DNA of 64,000 nucleotides. It comes from Psilocybe cubensis. Taxonomy: Eukaryota. Made by a program: the position numbers and the translations under genes. A model generated the notes under the pieces. It made no database searches. It saw only the letters and a list, made by a program, of their open reading frames with translations, and had not been told where the DNA came from. The DNA lies in assembly GCA_017499595.2 (NCBI GenBank), contig CM038998.1, positions 4,216,001 to 4,280,000 on the forward strand, in the 5' to 3' direction. This document shows, in pieces, positions 59,601-64,000 of this stretch. Each line of letters opens with the position of its first letter. Positions within the stretch are counted from its first letter, which is position 1.

Positions 59601-62575
59601 AGAATGGATTGACCTCGTCGTACGCCTCGTCCTTAAGCTCATAGAGGCCGGTTTCATTAGGCCCTTCAGGTGGTCGGAAGTTGGCAACTTCGCGCAACAT
59701 TCCTTCGAAAGATGGGTCGTCAACCAAGCGCTCTGCAACACGTTTAACAAGGTCTGAAAAGCTACATGGACCCATAGCGAGGGCATGAACAATTTCCCTC
59801 CTAATGGCAAGGTGCATTGGCATTTTGCTGGCGTTGGCGTTTTCGCTCAAAATGGTGATGAGCACGTAGAAAACCTCCTCCACCATGCTTCCGAGTTGAG
59901 TCCCTTCGTACTGAGATTGCAGGTAAGACCCAGAGAAATACCCAAGCAGACCGAAGCGATCTAAGATAGAGACAATGACGAGGTCGGAGGGAATGATGAC
60001 AAGGGCAGTTTGGAGAATGAAAAGATCTTGATCATAGCACAATTCTCGAAGCATGTAATCTCTGTAATGCAATAATTGACCGCGAATGGCGAATCCATTG
60101 CGAACCCAAAGCCCTGTCCGTATTTGAGCAATCATAGCCAACACTGCAATCAAATAGTTACAGTTCATCAAAATTATAAATAACAAAAAAAACTTACCTC
60201 TCAATGGGAAATCGATAATCGTCAGGATAGCTTGTTCGCTAGCGCCACGTCCGAACACTTCCCTTATTCCTCCTGTAATCCCTACACTCTTTAGTTCTTC
60301 CTCGCCCAGAAGGTCGACGTGTTTGAGGAGCTCAGCTAGGAGCCAGTGTAAGGCATGATGGAAACTAACCCAGCCCTCTGAAACATCAAATTGAAGTGTA
60401 TTATACCGTTTGCCTCCAAATTCAACCTGGTGAAAAGTGGGGGCGGAAAATTTTGTGCGATCCAGACGATCTTCCGCCAAAGTGCACACCATTAGTATCT
60501 GGTGTACTACCGTCCCGATAGCGCTGATCAATTCGGCTGTAGTAGACTTCCCAAAAGCCTCCCCAAACACTTTGATTACTCTACTCAGGCTGAGAGTGAC
60601 GTTGAAGACGCTGATCCACGCATCGGTTTCATATTCAACATGTGTCTCGACCGCCCTTTTGTTGGGGTTTAAACACATGAAGAGTCTACATGTTGATGCA
60701 AACGCAACAAGATATGAAGGATTATGGGCGATTAGATCCTGAACTTGGGAAGTGTGCGCCAGGTATCGAAGATCGCTGAATACAGGCATGAACCTCTTAG
60801 ATTTGAATGGAAACGAATCGACATCTATAGTGCCCGTTGCAGGGGGCATTATTGCTGCTGAAGCTCCCACTCCTGCACCCACAGACGGAAACCCGACAGA
60901 AGAAGTTGATGATGGAGGGGATGTAATACTAGATGGGCCTGCATATACAATTCGCTTTTCAACTATCCTGTTGGTGAAGAAACTGGTGATGATGGCTAGT
61001 AACCTTTGCACAAGTTTGTGATTCCGGGCGATATGACCCGACACAGAGGGAACCGTAAAAAGCTGAAGAGCAAAGTATTTTATACTCGTTTCAGCTTCGC
61101 GGTCAACCAGCAGGTATGCATCGATTACTCGATGATAGATATTGGCAAAATGTCCAGCTAAAATTTGGTCAGACCTTGAAGATAGAGTGGAAGAAGAAAT
61201 AATTTACCGATAACTAATTTATGTGCTCTGCTCACTGATATCACTGACGCATAAACCTCCTTTAAGCTTAATCTTGGACGCTTCCAGAGCCTTGTTTGGT
61301 ACAGAAGAAGTGTATCCAATCTTGTAGCGTTAGGTATTTCGGAATCCAGGTTTAACGCAGTCGGTGGTGTCATATGCTTTGTAAAAGCGTCTCTCCGTCT
61401 GGGACTGAGCAATTCAGCCGCCAATGCTTCCCTAATGACCAACATATCCGTACCAAGTCGACTCCGAGTCAAATCCAATAGCCACTCAATAATCACTCCC
61501 ACAACCTGTTCGCAAAACGTGTCGTAGGCTCTCCGGACCGTTACGCCTAGGTCAATTTGGGTTATAGCCTGAGCTGTCTCAAGCAGTCGCGTAATGTTCG
61601 AGTTCGTGTCGATAATTTCCCGTCCTTGCTCATCTATTTTTCGAACCAGAGCGGCTGCATCTTCATGTGTCCGGTTCGTCAGATCGATTAGAATCTTGGT
61701 GACTTCGTCATAGGAATGTTTGTCGTCGTTCCACAGGACAATGCAATATTGATCCTTCATCATTGGGTCTGCTGAAGGTTGTAAACGAAGATCGGCCTCA
61801 TTGGCGGGTACTGTCGGTTCATCAGGTGAATAGTCTAGAGTGTCCAGGAGGAAGTCCAATGCAAAACCAATCGTTCGTCGCATGCAGTCCTTAAGATCTG
61901 GAGGAACGGCCACACGAAACGAGTAATTAGGCGCTGGTGGCACTTCGTTCGGTAATGGTTTCAGTATGACTCGAGGCGTAGTATCTTGAGGATCTCCAGG
62001 TTTTGCAGGCGGATGGTGTGGACATTTAATATCCGTCCTCCATGCCTCTTCGTCTCCACAATCGCAGCACCCTCCAGATTGCTGGGCGATGAAGAAGCTG
62101 ACGTTATGGGTCGAGTGATCCGTCGCATGAAAGCAACGGGAACACAGAACGCAACTATCATCTAATGCGCAATCTCTTCACATCCATTAGGACACACTCT
62201 GCATGTGCAGAACGTGAATGATTCTACGCACTTGCATCTGTAGCAACTTTCGCCTTTGTTGAATATATGGCTGCATGGCCTCCCGGGAACCATGGGGTCT
62301 TCCTTGCCCGCCCCAGCAAAGCCTACAGAGACTTGATACTCGCTCAGCAGAGTATGCGGCGGAACTTGTGATACGCCGCTAGGCAGAAAAAGATTTGGAT
62401 ATGTCCCCATAAATGCGATGTAAAGTTTGCTGATAATCTCTGCGCGTGCGGCCGGCGTGAACACATATTTCCTCGACCCAGGCATAATCTCCAAAGAGAA
62501 GCGAAGGTCAGATAAGAAATCGCCATGGTTGGACAACGGCCGCCTCGGTGGAAAGAATGATGAGAGTGCCGACAT
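56611..62575 (-). CDS. UBR1: N-end rule E3 ubiquitin ligase Ubr1, multi-exon
   Basis: UBR box (PCSHIFNKGESCYRCK..CALDDSCVLC..CF..H..H..GGCCDCGD.EAW), ClpS-like LWNDDKHSY, GLWVRNG, RING-H2 (CIVCQE..CSHLMH..C..CPLCK), C-terminal YLDAHGEVD; stop 56611-56613. Confidence 0.95.
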
Positions 62576-62645
62576 GGTCGATGGTTGTGGAAGACAGACA
62601 GACGCGTTACATCAGAGTCATAATACATCTTGAACCCGAATAATC

Positions 62646-63585
62646 ATGACCTCCAATCAGACTCCGGCTTCCACCTCCCTCGCTGTACTTGCAGACCCTC
62701 CAATAAGACAAATAGATGGCGCAGTCATGGATTACTTTCTTATTGAAATGGTTGCAACTCTACGTGAATCGGCAGCTGTGGCTACGGCCCGTTCAAAAAA
62801 GATAGAACAAGAAATGGTGGACACCGGGCTAATTCCACCCCCTATGCCAGTCCCATCTTCATTGAAGAAAGATTCAGCTCGAGACTCTGTTACCAGTCTT
62901 ACATCAAAATCAGGGAGCGCCAGTGGAAAAGGAGCTCTGGACGAAGAGGAAGAGCCTGTGCGGCAGAGATTAGAAGCAATTGGCATGCATGTCGGATCCA
63001 ACTTTTCAGAACGGTTCGTTTCTTCCATGCGCTTTGGTTCTTGTTCCGGAATGCATTGACAATTCTCAATTTACTTAGATTGTGTCGAGATAGAGCTATG
63101 TTCTCTGAGACACTGGACGCCATCAAATTCATATGTAAAGACGTGTGGGCAGCCTGCTGGGACAAGCAAGTAGACAATTTGCGGACAAACCACAGAGTAT
63201 GTTTTCAATCATGCCCTCAATCCTTATCTTAATTTATTTCCCTTCTGTAGGGTGTGTATGTCCTCCAAGATAACTCATTCAAGCCAATATCGCGTCTTTC
63301 GTCATGGGAATCGCGTGCCGATGCAATTAAACGTGCCCGTCTAGTGAGATCAGGCCGGTTGTCTATACGTGCTTTCGTGTATCTTAACCATACTTCCTTT
63401 AGTATGCAGCGATGCCTGCAGGCATTATTCGCGGTGCGCTTCAACGGCTAGGTTACACAGGAGCCGTCATTCCAGAAATCACATCAATGCCTCAGTGTAA
63501 GCTTTCGACTTATGAAATGGGTCAGGTCACTCACATTCGACTCTGCATAGGTACATTCCAAATCAAGCTACCGAAAGGCTCATAA
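62646..63585 (+). CDS. TRS33: TRAPP complex subunit Trs33 (TRAPPC6), multi-exon
   Basis: RLEAIGMHVG..ERL, LDAIKFICKDVW...KQVDNLRTNHRGVYVLQDN, GIIRGAL..LG and PQCTFQIK; stop 63583-63585. Confidence 0.93.
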
Positions 63586-63826
63586 ATGTCCACTATGTCA
63601 TATATACCATGTACGCCGCCTTTTTTATACCAACACCCAAAAGTGACTGATGAAAGGACCTTACGTAGGTTTTCACTTTTAGCACCAATGTAATTGCTCA
63701 ATTATTTGTAGATGATTCGCAGCGACCAAGTCCAGACGATATCAGCTGCAAATGGCTCAAAGCGGTGCAACAAATTTAAATGTCATTCATCGATGCCCAA
63801 GCCTTACAGCCGAGGAACAGGATTGG

Positions 63827-64000
63827 TTATTTTAATCTCTGAAGCGTCCTTTCCCTCCCAATAACGTCCATGACATCCGCAACTGGTGGGCCATCCTATG
63901 ACACCAGTTAGAACGTATAAGCGAGATTTGTAGATATCCAAATTTGTAACAAAAGGAATGGTTGCATCCTCACCTTCATGCCAGTCAAGGCATATCTCAA
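63827..64000 (-). CDS. MSE1: 3' end of a glutamyl-tRNA synthetase (bacterial/mitochondrial-type anticodon-binding domain); gene continues beyond the window
   Basis: LRYALTGMK|DGPPVADVMDVIGRERTLQRLK* across intron 63896-63973, matching LRxALTG..GP......LG.E.TL.RL. Confidence 0.75.

Overview
Eukaryotic, intron-rich DNA (mostly ~45-60 nt GT-AG introns, a few GC-AG) from a basidiomycete fungus, most likely an agaric (inferred from gene content and the intronless F-box/RNI-like family). Housekeeping genes (SNF2 helicase, GH47 mannosidase, PSD1, a CAX exchanger, tRNA-iMet, MED21, RTF2, UBR1, TRS33, 3' end of a glutamyl-tRNA synthetase) surround accessory genes. The most striking part is ~37.5-56 kb. 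It holds a 10-exon, ~2056-aa bacterial-type SpvB/FG-GAP/YD-RHS toxin-shell gene, immediately followed by five diversifying paralogs that fuse an F-box to what looks like a SUKH (SMI1/KNR4) domain. Interleaved convergently with these are one intact and three decayed copies of a CAE...PxCxxC zinc-deaminase-like gene. The layout resembles a bacterial polymorphic toxin/immunity locus, or a toxin-antidote array, rebuilt in a fungus. One F-box copy is interrupted by a 592-bp TA-flanked MITE. All domain calls are by eye from motifs, gene models were spliced by hand, and no searches were run.
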